DNA of 63,452 nucleotides, the filler included, from Anaerolineae bacterium (GTDB taxonomy: Bacteria > Chloroflexota > Anaerolineae > Epilineales > Epilineaceae): the NCBI GenBank assembly GCA_029262755.1. It is 5 parts of 5 records of this genome, joined end to end, with 100 filler letters (N's around TTAATTAATTAA, not from the genome) between each part and the next. Parts side by side here need not be neighbours in the genome. Positions count along the whole stretch, not along the records: positions 2,708 to 26,222 come from JAJCYU010000070.1; 4 more parts are not named here. One strand, given 5' to 3'. Numbering within the stretch: position 1 is the first letter of the stretch; the number at the start of each line of letters is the position of its first letter. Under the pieces are notes generated by a model that did not search any database, was not told where the DNA came from, and saw only the letters and a list, made by a program, of their open reading frames with translations. Positions 9,136 to 21,900 of this stretch are shown one piece after another. A program made the position numbers and the translations under genes.

Positions 9136-10293
9136 GTGAGCGACACGGTACGTGTGGCGATCATCGGCGTGGGCAATTGCGCCTCTTCGCTCGTTCAGGG
9201 CGTCCAGTATTACCGCGATGCGGATCCCAACGAGCGCGTGCCAGGCTTGATGCACGTAGATCTCGGCGGCTACCACGTACGGGACATCGAGTTTTCCGCC
9301 GCCTTCGACATTGACATCGAGAAGGTCGGTCGGGATTTGTCCGAAGCGATCTGGGAGGGTCAGAACAACACATTGCGCTTCAGCGAGGTGCCACAGTTGG
9401 ATGTGCCCGTGCAGCGCGGCATGACCCACGACGGGTTGGGCAAATACCTGAAGATGAAGATCACGAAGGCTCCCGGGCCTACGGCCAACATCGTGCAGAT
9501 CCTCAAGGATACGAAGACCGATGTGGTGGTCAGCTACTTGCCCGTCGGCAGCGAGATGGCCACGAAGTGGTATGTCGAGCAGATCCTTGAAGCCGGCTGC
9601 GCGTTCGTCAATTGCATTCCAGTGTTCATAGCACGGGAACCGTATTGGCAGAGCAGGTTCCAAGAGCGCGGCCTGCCGATGATCGGCGACGATATCAAGA
9701 GCCAGGTCGGCGCGACCATCGTACACCGCGTGTTGACGAACCTGTTCAACGATCGTGGCGTGCGCTTGGAGCGGACGAGCCAGCTCAACGTTGGCGGGAA
9801 CATGGACTTCTACAACATGTTGGAGCGTGAACGGCTCGAGTCCAAGAAAGTTTCGAAGACCAACGCCGTGGCCAGCCAGCTTGAGCACGAGATGGATCCG
9901 GACGACATTTACATCGGCCCCAGCGACTACGTTCCGTGGCTCACCGATCGCAAATGGGCCCACATTCGCCTAGAAGGTCGGGCCTTCGGTGACGTGCCCC
10001 TCAACATCGAGCTCAAGCTGGAAGTCTGGGACAGCCCCAACAGCGCCGGTGTGGTGATCGATGCCGTACGGCTGGCCAAGCTCGCTCTGGATCGTGGAAT
10101 CAGCGGAACGCTGGAAGGGCCGGCCGCCTACCTGATGAAGAGCCCGCCCGTCCAACACGCCGATGACATCGCGCGGGAGATGACAGAGACCTTCATCACG
10201 CCGACGGTCGCGCAAAACCCGGCCCCCGGTCCGGACCGTGTTTCAAACGACGTCGTTACCGAGTCGATTCCCGCCGCGACGTCCAACGAGTGA
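9136..10293 (+). CDS. ino1: Myo-inositol-1-phosphate synthase
   Basis: [47 protein letters not shown]. Confidence 0.96.
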   Translation: MSDTVRVAIIGVGNCASSLVQGVQYYRDADPNERVPGLMHVDLGGYHVRDIEFSAAFDIDIEKVGRDLSEAIWEGQNNTLRFSEVPQLDVPVQRGMTHDGLGKYLKMKITKAPGPTANIVQILKDTKTDVVVSYLPVGSEMATKWYVEQILEAGCAFVNCIPVFIAREPYWQSRFQERGLPMIGDDIKSQVGATIVHRVLTNLFNDRGVRLERTSQLNVGGNMDFYNMLERERLESKKVSKTNAVASQLEHEMDPDDIYIGPSDYVPWLTDRKWAHIRLEGRAFGDVPLNIELKLEVWDSPNSAGVVIDAVRLAKLALDRGISGTLEGPAAYLMKSPPVQHADDIAREMTETFITPTVAQNPAPGPDRVSNDVVTESIPAATSNE

Positions 10294-10345
10294 TACCCGG
10301 CCCAACTCCGCGCGAGGCCTGTGACGTGACGCAAGGCGGCTCCGC

Positions 10346-11713
10346 ATGTCGTTGATCACGATCATGGCAGTGATCTTCCTCATGGTGGGGATCAATGCCT
10401 ACTTCGTCGCCGGCGAGTTCGCCACCATCGGGGCGCGGCGGACGCGTCTGGAAGGGTTGGCGGAGGACGGCAGCCTCGCGGCGCGCAAGCTGATCCCGAT
10501 CGTTGAAGATCCGGTTCGCCTCGACAATTACGTGGCGGCCTGCCAACTAGGCATCACGATCTCGAGCCTCGTGCTCGGGTTCTACGGGGAACGATCGCTC
10601 AGCGGCATATTGGAAACGGCCATTCTGGACGCCGGCTTGCTGTCGCCCGGGATGGCGGGAACGGTATCGACCGTGGCCGTACTGGCCCTGCTCACGATCT
10701 TCCAGATCGTGATCGGCGAGACGGTGCCCAAGACGATCGCGATGCGGCAACCGGAAAAGATCGCCCTCTTGATGTCGGCACCCATGCTGTTTACGGTCCG
10801 AATGATGCAACCGGCCATCACGTTGTTCAACGGCGCGGCAATCATCTTGATGCGCTTGCTCCGGGTGAACCGCGACGTAAGCCATAGCCGTGTGTACTCC
10901 CCGGAAGAAATCCAAGCGCTCGCGTCGGAGAGCCAGTTGGCGGGCGCCCTCGGAACCATCGAGCGGACGATGCTCGACAACGCGTTGGAGCTGTCCGCGC
11001 TCAAAGCGCGCATGGTCATGATTCCACGCAATCGGCTGGTGATCGGCCGGGCGGACACGCCCGTCGAGCAGCTGTTGACGAAAGTTGTCACGTCCCCCTT
11101 CTCCCGCCTGCCTCTCGTCGACGAGGACCCGGAGCACATCATCGGCATCGTGCATCTTAAGGATCTGTTTCGGCTGTCGCTCGAAGGCGTGGACGATGTG
11201 CGCAGCGTCATTCGACCCGTTCCGGCGCTACCGGAGAACACGCCCGTACACGAGGTGTGGCAGGCCTTGACCCGGCAGCGGCGTTACCTGGCGGTGCTGA
11301 TCGACGAATACGGCGGCACGGCAGGCATCGTGACGCAGGAGGACCTGCTGGAAGAGATTATTGGTGAGGTGCAGGACGAGTTCGACGAAGAGACGACCCG
11401 CTGGATCGAGGCGCCCGAGGGCGGCACCGTCCTCGTGCGCGGAGACGTGCTGGTGGTCGACGTCAACTCGGGTCTCAACCTCCTCCTGCCGACGGATCGC
11501 GCGGACACGATCGCCGGGCTTGTCTTGGACGAGCTGGCACGCATCCCGGCCGTCGGCGAGGTCGTCACTATCGATGGTGTGACGCTGAAGGTGACGCAAA
11601 AGCGGCGCAACTGGGTGGCACAGGTTGCGGTCACCCGACCGGAACCCATTCCTGACGCGGCGTCAGAGAGCTCCGATTCCGAAGAAGGCCCGGACGCCGG
11701 GAGTCCACGATGA
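10346..11713 (+). CDS. HlyC/CorC (CNNM-CBS-CorC) hemolysin-family transporter, copy 1
   Basis: NAYFVAGEFA, CQLGIT, GETVPK, FSRLP, DEYGGTAGIVTQEDLLEEIIGEVQDEFD. Confidence 0.93.
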   Translation: MSLITIMAVIFLMVGINAYFVAGEFATIGARRTRLEGLAEDGSLAARKLIPIVEDPVRLDNYVAACQLGITISSLVLGFYGERSLSGILETAILDAGLLSPGMAGTVSTVAVLALLTIFQIVIGETVPKTIAMRQPEKIALLMSAPMLFTVRMMQPAITLFNGAAIILMRLLRVNRDVSHSRVYSPEEIQALASESQLAGALGTIERTMLDNALELSALKARMVMIPRNRLVIGRADTPVEQLLTKVVTSPFSRLPLVDEDPEHIIGIVHLKDLFRLSLEGVDDVRSVIRPVPALPENTPVHEVWQALTRQRRYLAVLIDEYGGTAGIVTQEDLLEEIIGEVQDEFDEETTRWIEAPEGGTVLVRGDVLVVDVNSGLNLLLPTDRADTIAGLVLDELARIPAVGEVVTIDGVTLKVTQKRRNWVAQVAVTRPEPIPDAASESSDSEEGPDAGSPR

Positions 11714-13146
11714 CCGCCTGGTATTCGGTAATCGAGCCGACGGGCGTCGAAGCTGTACTCCGTCTCGCCGCGGAGACGGAAGCGGCCGGATGGGTGGCTG
11801 TTGCGACCGTTTGGGGTATCGTGGCGCTGCTTATTGCGATCAACGGGATCTTTGTTGCTGCGGAAATCGCGTTGGTCGGCGTCCGGCCCACACATCTCGC
11901 CGCGTTGGCTGAGCGCGGTTCCGTCGCCGCCAAGGGATTGCTACAAACGCTGGAGAGCCCCGAGCGGCAGCGGCGCTACTTCGCATCGACGCAGATGGGC
12001 ATCACGACGGCCAGCATCGGCTTGGGTATGTACGGCGAGCATCAGCTTGCAGCCTTGTTCGCCCCCACGATGGAGCGTTTGGGCCTCGGCAGCGCCGCGG
12101 CCCACGCGATCGCGGTTCCCATGGCGGTCGTCCTGCTTACCTTCCTGCATGTGGTCATCGGCGAGATGCTCCCCAAGTCCCTTGCGCTGCGCTTCCCCGG
12201 TTCCGCCGTGCAGCGAATTGCGCCGCTCATGGTGTTTACGCAGACGCTCCTACGGCCCGTCGTGGCGCTCTTGTCGGGCCTCAGCGGTTTGGTCCTTCGC
12301 CTTTTGCCTGGCGCCGGATCGCCGGACGAAGCTCGCTTCTTCACCGCTCGTGAGCTCGGACGCACGATCGCGGACACCGCGGCCGAAGGCCTGATCCATC
12401 ACCGCGACGAGCGGATCCTCTTGGATGTGATCGACTTCGGAAATCGGGAGGTGCACCAGGTGATGACGGCGCGCACCCGCATCGTGGCGTTGCCGCTGAG
12501 CGAGCCGGAGTCGAGTCTCGCGCAGCAGTTGGCCGGTGGTCGACATACACGCTTCCCGGTATTTGACGGGGATCTCGACCACATCGTAGGCGTACTGCAC
12601 ATCAAGGACTACCTGCGCGACCGACAGGGTCGAGATCCCGGTGAACCCTTTTCGCTGGAATCACTCTTGCGCGAAGCACACGTAGTGCCCGAGCATCTCC
12701 CGCTCACCCAATTGCTGGAGCAGTTTCGCCGCTCACGGGAACATATGGCGCTCGTGATCGATGAGTACGGCGGGACGGCGGGTATCGTCACCTTGGAAGA
12801 TGTCGTCGAGGAGTTGGTCGGCGAAGTCCGTGACGAGTTCGATGTCGGTGAGGTCGTTCCGATTCGCCACGTCGGGGAAGGTCTCTACATCGTGCGCGGC
12901 GATGTGCAGCTGGCCGATTTGGAAGCGCATGTGCGCCTCGCAGTGGATCGGCCGGACGTGGACACCGTAGGTGGTCTGGTCGTCAACCTACTCGGCCGCC
13001 CCGCCGAGGCCGGCGAGTCGGTGCAGCTCGGCGATGCGACGTTTACTGCGCAACGCGTGGACGGCTATACGGTGGAGTTAGTCCGGGTTGCTGTGCCTTC
13101 CCCTTCGGATCGGGACGCGGCGATGCAGGACGCCCCCCAGCACTGA
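11710..13146 (+). CDS. HlyC/CorC (CNNM-CBS-CorC) hemolysin-family transporter, copy 2
   Basis: NGIFVAAEIA, GEMLPK, HTRFPV, DEYGGTAGIVTLEDVVEELVGEVRDEFD; ATGA overlap with copy 1. Confidence 0.93.
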   Translation: MTAWYSVIEPTGVEAVLRLAAETEAAGWVAVATVWGIVALLIAINGIFVAAEIALVGVRPTHLAALAERGSVAAKGLLQTLESPERQRRYFASTQMGITTASIGLGMYGEHQLAALFAPTMERLGLGSAAAHAIAVPMAVVLLTFLHVVIGEMLPKSLALRFPGSAVQRIAPLMVFTQTLLRPVVALLSGLSGLVLRLLPGAGSPDEARFFTARELGRTIADTAAEGLIHHRDERILLDVIDFGNREVHQVMTARTRIVALPLSEPESSLAQQLAGGRHTRFPVFDGDLDHIVGVLHIKDYLRDRQGRDPGEPFSLESLLREAHVVPEHLPLTQLLEQFRRSREHMALVIDEYGGTAGIVTLEDVVEELVGEVRDEFDVGEVVPIRHVGEGLYIVRGDVQLADLEAHVRLAVDRPDVDTVGGLVVNLLGRPAEAGESVQLGDATFTAQRVDGYTVELVRVAVPSPSDRDAAMQDAPQH

Positions 13147-13226
13147 GCGCCGATCGGCGCGGGACCGGCGGCTATTCGGCGGCTTCGCGTGTGCGTCATC
13201 CTGGCTTCCGCTGGCATGCTCTGGGC

Positions 13227-15890
13227 ATGCACGCAATTCTCCGCACGCTCTTCGATCGCCACCGGCGGCACTACGTCCTCCTTGGGTTGCTGAGCCTCTT
13301 CGTCGCGTTCTCCTGGGTCTCGGTTTTCGCGGGGCTGCCCGATCCGGCGACGCTCCACGAGCGCAGGGCTCCCGCGACCACGAAGATCGTGGATCGCGAA
13401 GGACGGCTATTGCACGAAGTGTTGGATCCTCGCGCCGGTCGCAGAACGTGGGTTCGGCTCGACACCGTGCCCGATCACATGCTCGACGCGGTGATCGCCG
13501 TCGAAGACGAAGGGTTCTGGTCTCATCCCGGCGTAGAGGCGCGAGGACTCGCTCGCGCGGTGTGGCAGGGGGCTCGTGAGGGTCGAATCGTCAGTGGTGG
13601 CAGCACGATCACCATGCAACTGGCCCGGATCGCGCTGCTGGATCAACGAGAGCGGGGCGAGCGCAGCATTCGCCGCAAGATCAGGGAGATCGCGCTCGCG
13701 CTGTCCATCACACGTCGGTTCCCGAAAGAGGAAGTCCTGGAGCTATACCTCAACGAGGTGTATTTCGGGCAGCTCGCCTACGGCATCGAGGCGGCGTCGA
13801 GGACCTATTTTGGGAAGCCGATCGGCGCGGTCGATCTCGCCGAAGCGGCCATGCTGGCGGGTCTCATCCAATCGCCTGCGCTGGTGAACCCGCTCGTCGA
13901 TCGAGCGGCAGCAGGAGCGCGGCAACGCCTCGTCCTCGATCGCATGGTGCGCAGCGGTTTCGTGCTCCCGGAGGACGCGGCCCTCGCGAGCGCAGAGGAA
14001 TTGCATTTGGTAGGCGTCGCGGCAAGCACGCGCGCCCCACACTTCGTTCACTACGCGTTGGCCGTCCTCGAAGCGGAATACGGCGCGGAGCGCATCGCGG
14101 CCGGCGGCCTGACGGTCATTACGACCCTGGATCTTGATCTCCAAGGCGCCGCGGAGCAGGCCGTCGCGCAGCATCTGGCCGCGTTGCAGAGGCCGGCGCC
14201 TGATCGTCCTGCCCGCAACGTCGGCAATGCGGCCCTCGTGGCGATCTCCCCCGCTCACGGCGATGTCGTGGCCATGGTCGGCAGCGCTAACTATCGCGAG
14301 GCCGCCATCGACGGCGCCGTCAACGTTGCGCTCGCTGCACGCCAGCCGGGTTCCGCGCTCAAACCCTTGATCTACGCCGCGGCCTTTGATGTGGATCGTT
14401 GGGGGGCACGAGCGGCAAGCACCGGACGTACGGACTTCCCCGAGCTCCCCTTTACGCCCGCCACGATGCTCACCGATGTGCCGACCGATTTTCCGACGGC
14501 CGAAGGCGAGCCCTATCGCCCGATCAACTACGACCGCGCATGGCATGGGCCGATCTCGCTGCGACGCGCGTTGGCGACCTCATCCAATCTGGTCGCGGTC
14601 AAGGTCCTGGAACGGGTGGGGCTCGGTGTAGCGCTGGACACCGCTTCAGCGCTGGGGCTCACTACGTTCCAGAATCGAGAGCGCTTGGGCTTGGCCGTGG
14701 CATTGGGCGGCGGCGAGGTCAAGCTCATGGAGCTCACCGGCGCCTATGCGGCGTTGGCGCAGATGGGCACTGTCCATGCACCGCGGGTCATTCTTGGCGT
14801 TTTCGACAGCCGGGACTTCGCCGAAGTACGTGAGGATCTGGATTCGTGGCATGCCTCGCAGCCGGCGCCGGTGGGCCGCAACGTGTTATCGCCGGCCGCC
14901 GCCTGGCTCGTGACCGACATCCTCTCCGACGACGGCGCCCGTCTACCGGCCTTCGGTGAGGGCAGCGCGTTGGCGCTCGGCCGTCCCGCGGCGGCCAAGA
15001 CGGGGACGACGACGGACTTTCGCGACAACTGGACGGTCGGCTACACCCCCGACCTGGCCGCGGGCGTGTGGGTCGGAAACTCGGACGGCGCGCCGATGCG
15101 GCATGTCAGTGGGATCACGGGCGCCGCTCCGATCTGGAACGCCTTCATGCAAGCGGCCCACCGCGGGCTGCCGGCACGGACATTCGAAGAGCCGGAGGGC
15201 ATCGCGCGCATCGAGGTCTGTGCCGCGAGCGGGCTGTTGCCTACAAAGGACTGCACGCTTCGCGTTTGGGAACACTTCGCGTCGGGAACCCAGCCGCGCA
15301 CGACCGACGATACCCAGGTGCGCCTCGGCATCGATGCCGCGACGGGAGGCGCGTGGCGGTCCGGCTGCGCGGGGCCGAGAGTGGAGCGCGTCTTTCGACT
15401 CGTGCCGCCTTCGGCCGCCGCATGGGCGCTGCAGCGGACCATGCCTTCGCCGCCGAATCGTCCTTGCACCCAGCTGCACGCGGCGAGGACCGTGGGAGCC
15501 GCACCGACCGGGGGCTTTGACGACACCGACGCCGGCGGACCTACGCGCCGAACGCCCGCGTTGGCCGCTCCGGCGCTGCGCATCGAACATCCGGCGCCGG
15601 GAACGACCTTCGCGCTCAGCGCGCTGCTCCCGACACGGGCGCAACGCGTGCCCTTGATCGTCCGGCCTGGTGGCCATACGCAGTTCGTGGCCATCACCTT
15701 ACTGGTAGATGAAGTCCCGGTGGCCACACTCCGCGCCGAGCCGTGGCGCTGGGATTGGTCGCTGGAACCCGGCCGGCATTCGCTGCGGGCGGTCGGCCGA
15801 AGCCATGACGGCAGGGCCGTCGAGAGCGCTCCGGTTCAATTCCTTGTCCTTGATGAACGCACGGCCGACGTCCTGGCCGAACGCCGCTGA
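13227..15890 (+). CDS. pbpC: Penicillin-binding protein 1C (transglycosylase + transpeptidase + C-terminal Ig-like domain)
   Basis: AVEDEGF, GGSTITMQLAR, RKIRE, PGSALKP (SxxK), SSN, KTGTT; C-terminal LEPGRHSLRAV; adjacent to alpha-2-macroglobulin; start uncertain (13191 or 13227). Confidence 0.88.
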   Translation: MHAILRTLFDRHRRHYVLLGLLSLFVAFSWVSVFAGLPDPATLHERRAPATTKIVDREGRLLHEVLDPRAGRRTWVRLDTVPDHMLDAVIAVEDEGFWSHPGVEARGLARAVWQGAREGRIVSGGSTITMQLARIALLDQRERGERSIRRKIREIALALSITRRFPKEEVLELYLNEVYFGQLAYGIEAASRTYFGKPIGAVDLAEAAMLAGLIQSPALVNPLVDRAAAGARQRLVLDRMVRSGFVLPEDAALASAEELHLVGVAASTRAPHFVHYALAVLEAEYGAERIAAGGLTVITTLDLDLQGAAEQAVAQHLAALQRPAPDRPARNVGNAALVAISPAHGDVVAMVGSANYREAAIDGAVNVALAARQPGSALKPLIYAAAFDVDRWGARAASTGRTDFPELPFTPATMLTDVPTDFPTAEGEPYRPINYDRAWHGPISLRRALATSSNLVAVKVLERVGLGVALDTASALGLTTFQNRERLGLAVALGGGEVKLMELTGAYAALAQMGTVHAPRVILGVFDSRDFAEVREDLDSWHASQPAPVGRNVLSPAAAWLVTDILSDDGARLPAFGEGSALALGRPAAAKTGTTTDFRDNWTVGYTPDLAAGVWVGNSDGAPMRHVSGITGAAPIWNAFMQAAHRGLPARTFEEPEGIARIEVCAASGLLPTKDCTLRVWEHFASGTQPRTTDDTQVRLGIDAATGGAWRSGCAGPRVERVFRLVPPSAAAWALQRTMPSPPNRPCTQLHAARTVGAAPTGGFDDTDAGGPTRRTPALAAPALRIEHPAPGTTFALSALLPTRAQRVPLIVRPGGHTQFVAITLLVDEVPVATLRAEPWRWDWSLEPGRHSLRAVGRSHDGRAVESAPVQFLVLDERTADVLAERR

Positions 15891-15932
15891 ACCCGGCTCT
15901 GCCGGCCGCCCACGAACAATCACGGCCCCCGC

Positions 15933-18900
15933 ATGGCGCGGGCCGCATGCCCAGAGGAGACCACAATGACCAGGATTGCGAGCATAGGCCCGTTTTACAC
16001 GCTACAGCGGAAGCGCCTCTCCTCCGTCATGCTCACGAACGAGCGAACGGTGGCCCTCGCCTTCTGCGAGCGTCACCCTCGGCACGGTCGGATCGAGCCG
16101 CCTTCCGGACTGCGTTCCACCGCCGGCCGGTCGCCGGTTGCACCTCGCCGGAGCTTCGCGCTACGAACGACCACGCGCTTCCTGCTTTGCATGGTCCTGA
16201 TCGCGACGACCGCGTGCAAGCAGCAGGGGCAAACGGAATCCACCGCAACCCCGACGCCCGGGTCGGCCGCGGCCGCGGCGAGTCCCGAGGTCATCGTGGC
16301 CGCGCGGGCCCACGCACCCGCGCCCGCCGCGCCGCGCCTGGCGCAGGTGGCCGTGTTCCCGGAGGTCGACCGTCCCCTGCGGGTCGTGACCACGCAGCCT
16401 GCGGACGGCGCGGAAGGCATCGCGGTCGACGCCGAGACGGGCTCCGTCGTGGTGCGCTTCAACCACCCTGTCGTGGCTCTCGCGGAACCATCCGAGGCCG
16501 AATCGTCGAACGCATCGAGCGTCGCCTCCCTCTCCCCGCCGGTCGCAGGGAAGGCCCGTTGGTTGGACACGTCCACCTGGATCTTCGAGCCCTCCGAGCC
16601 GCTACGCGGATCCACGCGCTACGAGGTGACGCTGGACGAAACCCTCGCGGACATGTTCGGCGCGACGCTCGAGGAAGCCACGCGCTTCGGATTTAGCACC
16701 GAGGGGCCGGCGATTCGCCGCACGGCGCCCGTCGACATGGCGCGCTTTGTCGCTCCGACCGCCGCCGTTTCGATCACGTTCAACCAAGCCGTCGATGAAG
16801 ACTCCACGATCAGCGCGCTTTCCGTACGCGACCGCGACGGTGCCGATGTCGCGGGCACGCGGAGTCTGAGCGCGGATGGCACGACGCTCCTCTTTCGCCC
16901 GGACGATGACTGGGTCCGGGGCGCACGCTATGTCGCGAAGCTCGAACCCGGTGCGCTGGCACGCGATGGTGAAGCCGCGATCCAAACGACCCGCTCTATC
17001 CGCTTTACGATCGCGCCGATGCCGGAGCTCGTGTCTTCTGCGCCCGCGGACGGCGCGAAGGCCGTTAGCCTCGGCTACGGTGGTCTGGAGTTGACTTTCA
17101 ATACGCCGATGGACACTAGCGCTGTGTCCGTCACCTTGGTGCCCACGATCACGCAACGCAACGACTATTGGGAAGAGGACGACAAGGTCCTACGCATCTA
17201 CGGCGAATGGAACGCATCCACGTCGTACACTGCGACGGTGCCGGCCGACGCACGTTCAGCCCTCGGGGACCGTTTGGGCAGTGAACGGACCGTGGCCTTC
17301 AGCCTGGCGCCGATGGAGCCCCGCTACAGCATGGAAACGGGGGGCCCCTTCGGTGTTCAAAGCGCCTTCAAGCCGCCTCGGATCTGGTTTAGCGCCGTCA
17401 ACACACCGAAGGTCGGCGTCCGCCTGTACACGCTGACTCGCGAGGAACTGTTGCGGGTCACGACGGACGGCAACGTTTGGGATTTCCGGCCGACCGCGGC
17501 AAAGCGCATTCGCACCTGGGACATCGACACGTCGGGCGGGCTCAACCAGTGGCGTACGGTATCGACGACGCTTGCCGCCGATGGCCGCCTGTTGGCGCCG
17601 GGCGCCTATTTGGTCGATGCCTCCAACGCGGACGACAACCAGAAGACCGTGCTCTTGGTGAGCCCGTGGAATCTGACCCTGAAGGCGACGTCCGACGAAG
17701 TGCTCGTGTGGGTGACCGATCTGGCCACGGGCGAGCCCGTGCCGGATGCTGCGATTGCCGTGTACGAGCAGGGCGATCGCGTGCTGGCCGAAGGACGCAC
17801 CCGTTCAGACGGCATGATTCGCGCCCCAATCGTTCGCAAGGGCGACCCGTGGGATCCGATTGCGGCCGTCAGCGAACGAGACGGCCAGGTGGTCGCGGCG
17901 GTCGGCCGGAATTGGAATAGCGGAATCGGGCCATGGGAGTTCGGGCTGCCCTACACGGTGTTGCAGCCTGGCTTCAGCGCCTCGCTGTACACCGATAGAC
18001 CACTGTATCGGGCCGGTCAGCGCGTGTACGTTCGGGGTATCCTGCGGCGCGACGAGGACCTGACGCTCTCCGTCCCGGATCGCTCGCAACACGAGATTCA
18101 GTTGATCGTAAGCGATCCAAACTACGAGGTCGTTCACGAGGCCATTGCCGAACTCTCGGACTTCGGCACGTTTCACGGGGAGCTCGCGCTCTCGCCCCAG
18201 GCGCCGCTCGGCGACTATCGCGTCGAAGCACGCTGGGCGCGTCGCACGCAACCGGAGATCGTGCGCGGAGACGGAGACGGCGTAGAGGACGGGGACGGGG
18301 ACGGAGACGAGGTCGAGGACGAGGAGGTGCGCACGCAGGAGGGCTCAGAGCAGGCGCCGGAGGTGCAGGAGGCGCCGGACGCCGATGCGGACGCGAACGC
18401 CTTTACGTTTGAGTCGAGCTTCCGCGTTGCGGCCTATCGCAAACCGGCCTACGAGGTCTCGGTTGCGGTTGAGCCGGAGCGCGTAGTCGAGGGCGAGGAC
18501 ATCGAGGTTGTCGTCGATGCCCAGTATTTCTTCGGTGGTCCGGTCGTCGGCGCCGGTGCGACATGGCGGATCATGGCCGACGACTATCTGTTCGCACCCG
18601 ACGTTCCCGGCCGCTGGGAGTTCGTCGATTACGATCTGCGCCAGGAGTATGCGCGCAACCCGAGCCTGTCGGTCCTCGCCGAAGGAGAGGGCGAGACGGA
18701 CGCCGAGGGCCGGCTTCGTATCCGCATGCCTGCGGACCTCGCCGGGAGCGCGCTGTCCAAGCTACTGACCTTCGACGTCGAGCTGATGGACGCCGACCAC
18801 CAGGCAGTAGCCGGTAGGACCAGCATTATTGTCGACAAGGCGGATCTGTACCTCGGCCTGCGGCCCGAGCGATACGTGGCCGAAGCAGGCGAGCCGGCGG

Positions 18901-21900
18901 TGGTAGAGCTGCTCGCTCTTCAAGCCGACGGTGAGCCCGCCGCCGACCGGACCGTCACGATCGTAGCCTCGCAGCGAGAGTGGTTTAGCGTGAAGGAGAA
19001 GCGGGAGGACGGTCGCTTCTATTGGACGAGCCACTTCACCGATACCCAGGTCGCGGAGCAGATTGTCCGAACGGACACGCTCGGCCGTGCAAGCACCACG
19101 TGGACGCCTGTTGCGGGTGGCGTGCACCGGCTCGAGGCGCGTGGCTCTGACGAGAATGGACGCAGCGCCCGTAGCGCGGCCTACCAATGGGTGACCCTCC
19201 GTGGTGGCCCGTTCATCAACTGGCGGCAGGAGAACAACGACCGCATCGACCTTGTCGCCGACGCGCGAAGCTATCGACCGGGGGACACGGCGCGGATCCT
19301 TGTCCCGGCGCCGTTTTACGGCGCAACGGCCTTGCTCACGGTGGAGCGCGGATCCATCCGGGAGGCGCGTGTCCTGCACCTGCCGACCAACAGCGAGACG
19401 ATCGACATCCCCATCACGGAGGACATGGCACCCAACGCCTTTGTTTCCGTGGTCTTGATGCGCGGCGTCTCGGAGGAAGCAACGCATCCGCAGTTCAAGG
19501 TCGGCTACACGAATCTGGAGGTGGCGCTCGAGGGCAAGCTGATCGACCTACGGGTCACGCCCGATCGCTCGGCCTACGGACCACGGGACACGGTCCGCTG
19601 GAATCTCGAAGCACGGGACGCGCAGGATCAGCCCGTGCAAGCGGAGTTCTCGGTTGCCTTGGTGGATCGCGCGCTCCTAGCCCTGGCCGTCGAGGCATCA
19701 CCGCCCCTCGTCGATGCCTTCTACGGACAGCGTGCGCTCGGTGTGGAGACCGCCGCAAGCCTGACGGAGTCGCTCGACCGGATCGACCAACAGCTGGTCG
19801 CGGAGGCGAAGGGCGGCGGCGGTGGTCTCGGCGCCGAACCGGGAGGCGTGGTGCGGCGGCTCTTCCAGGACATGGCGTTCTGGAATCCCGCGGTGGTCAC
19901 CGATGACGCCGGCAGAGCGACGGTCGACACGCCCCTCCCGGACAACCTCACGACGTGGCGCTTGGACGCTCGGGGAATCACGGCGGACACCAGCCTGGTG
20001 GGCAGCGCGACAGCAGACGTCATCGCCACGCGGCCCCTGTTGTTGCAGCCGGTCCTTCCCCGCTTCGTCGTAGTCGGCGACAACCTGCAACTCGAAGCCA
20101 TCGTGCGCAATGGCACCGACGCCGAGCGTCAGGTCGAGGTGAGCTTGCGCACGGTCGGTATGGAGGTTCTCGACGAGCCGACGCACCGCGTGCGCGTTCC
20201 GGCCCTGGGCGCCGCGATCGTCGTTTGGCAAGCATCGGTCCCGCTCGCGGGCACCGATCTTTCCGGCCCGGTGCTCGCCGACGCGCTGGGCGAAGTCGTG
20301 GTCAACATGTCCGTCCGCGAGCTTGCCGAGGACGAGGACGAGGGAGAGGACGGGGACGAGGGAGAGTTGGGGCCCCACGATGAGAACGAGGCCCCTCAGG
20401 GTGCCGATCTTCTGGCGGACGCCGTCGAGATCCGGTTGCCTGCGTATGGCTTCCTCGCGCCGCATACGGTGGCCACCGCCGGCGTTGTCTTCGATCGCGA
20501 AACGGAGCAGATCGAGATCCCCGATCGCGAACAAGCGCAGCACCCTGAGCTCGAGGTGGAGCTCAGCCCATCTCTGGCGGCGGCAAGCCTCGGCGGGCTC
20601 GATTACCTGGAGGCATTCCCCTACGACTGCACGGAACAGACGGTCAGCAAATTCGTACCCAATCTGGCAAGCCTCATCGCTCTCCAACGCCTCGACGTAG
20701 ACCGGCCGGTGTTGGAGGCTCAGTTGCGGGCCGCCGTGCAGGCGCATGTGCTCAAGCTATACGGCTACCAGCTAGAGGCCGGTGGGTGGGGGTGGTTCGG
20801 CGAGTCTGCAACCATCAATCCCTGGTTGACGGGCTACGCGCTCCTGGGGCTCAGCTTGGCCGAGGAGGCCGGCATCGAGGTTCGGCCCGACGTCCTTGAG
20901 CGCGCGGAATCATCGGTGCAGGCGTATGTAAACCGCAGCGCAGACGGCTCGCCGCATCTGGCCGATCGCCAGGCTTTCGCCGTATGGGTCCTGGCGCACC
21001 GCGGCAGGTTGGCACCGAGCCGTGCGGTGCGGCTGTGGGAGCGGCGCACGGAGCTGGGACTCGACGGCAAGGCCTTCTTGGCCATGGCACTTGCGGATTC
21101 CGGACCGGACTCCGCAGCGCGCGTAGCGGCGCTGATCGCCGATCTGAGCGGCGCCGCGAAGAGCTCCGCAACCGGCGCGTCATGGCACGAGGGTCAGCTC
21201 GATCGGTACGCGATGGCGAGCGATACGCGCACGACCGCGATCGTGCTCTATTCGCTCGCCCGTTTGGATCCCGAACACCCGTCGATCGACCCCGGCGTGC
21301 GCTGGTTGATGTCCGCGCGCTCGGCAGCGCATTGGGAAACCACGCAGGAAACGGCGTGGGCGATCCTTGCACTGTCCGAGGTCATGGCGACTTCCGGCGA
21401 GCTCGACACGGCCTACGATTTCGTTGCGGAGCTCGACGGTATCGCGATGGGACAGGGCTCGGTGAATGCATCCTCCCTCGGCGAGAGCGTCACGTTCAAC
21501 GAGTCCGAGCGCCTGGTGGCCGGGGCGATGATGCCGCTCCAGCTCATCAAGAGGGGCAGCGGGCGCATGTACTACACGGCGCGCCTGCGCACCTTCCCTA
21601 CCGCCCGCGACGCGCCGCCGGTCGACGAGGGGATCGTCCTCGGCCGCACCTACCATGCTCTGCGCGACGGCAATAGCGAGGCGGACGGCCCTGCCATCGA
21701 CACGGTAGATGTCGGGGAGCTCGTCCAGGTGCGCCTGGTGCTGATCGCCGATCGACCCTTGCATTATGTCAAGCTCTTCGACGCGTTGCCCGCGGGCTTC
21801 GAAGCGGTCGATACCTCGCTCAAGACCACGAGTGCCGCGGCGCTCGGGCCCGAGCTACGGGACATGGAGCGCGACGAGCAGAACTGGTGGCATCGTGGCT

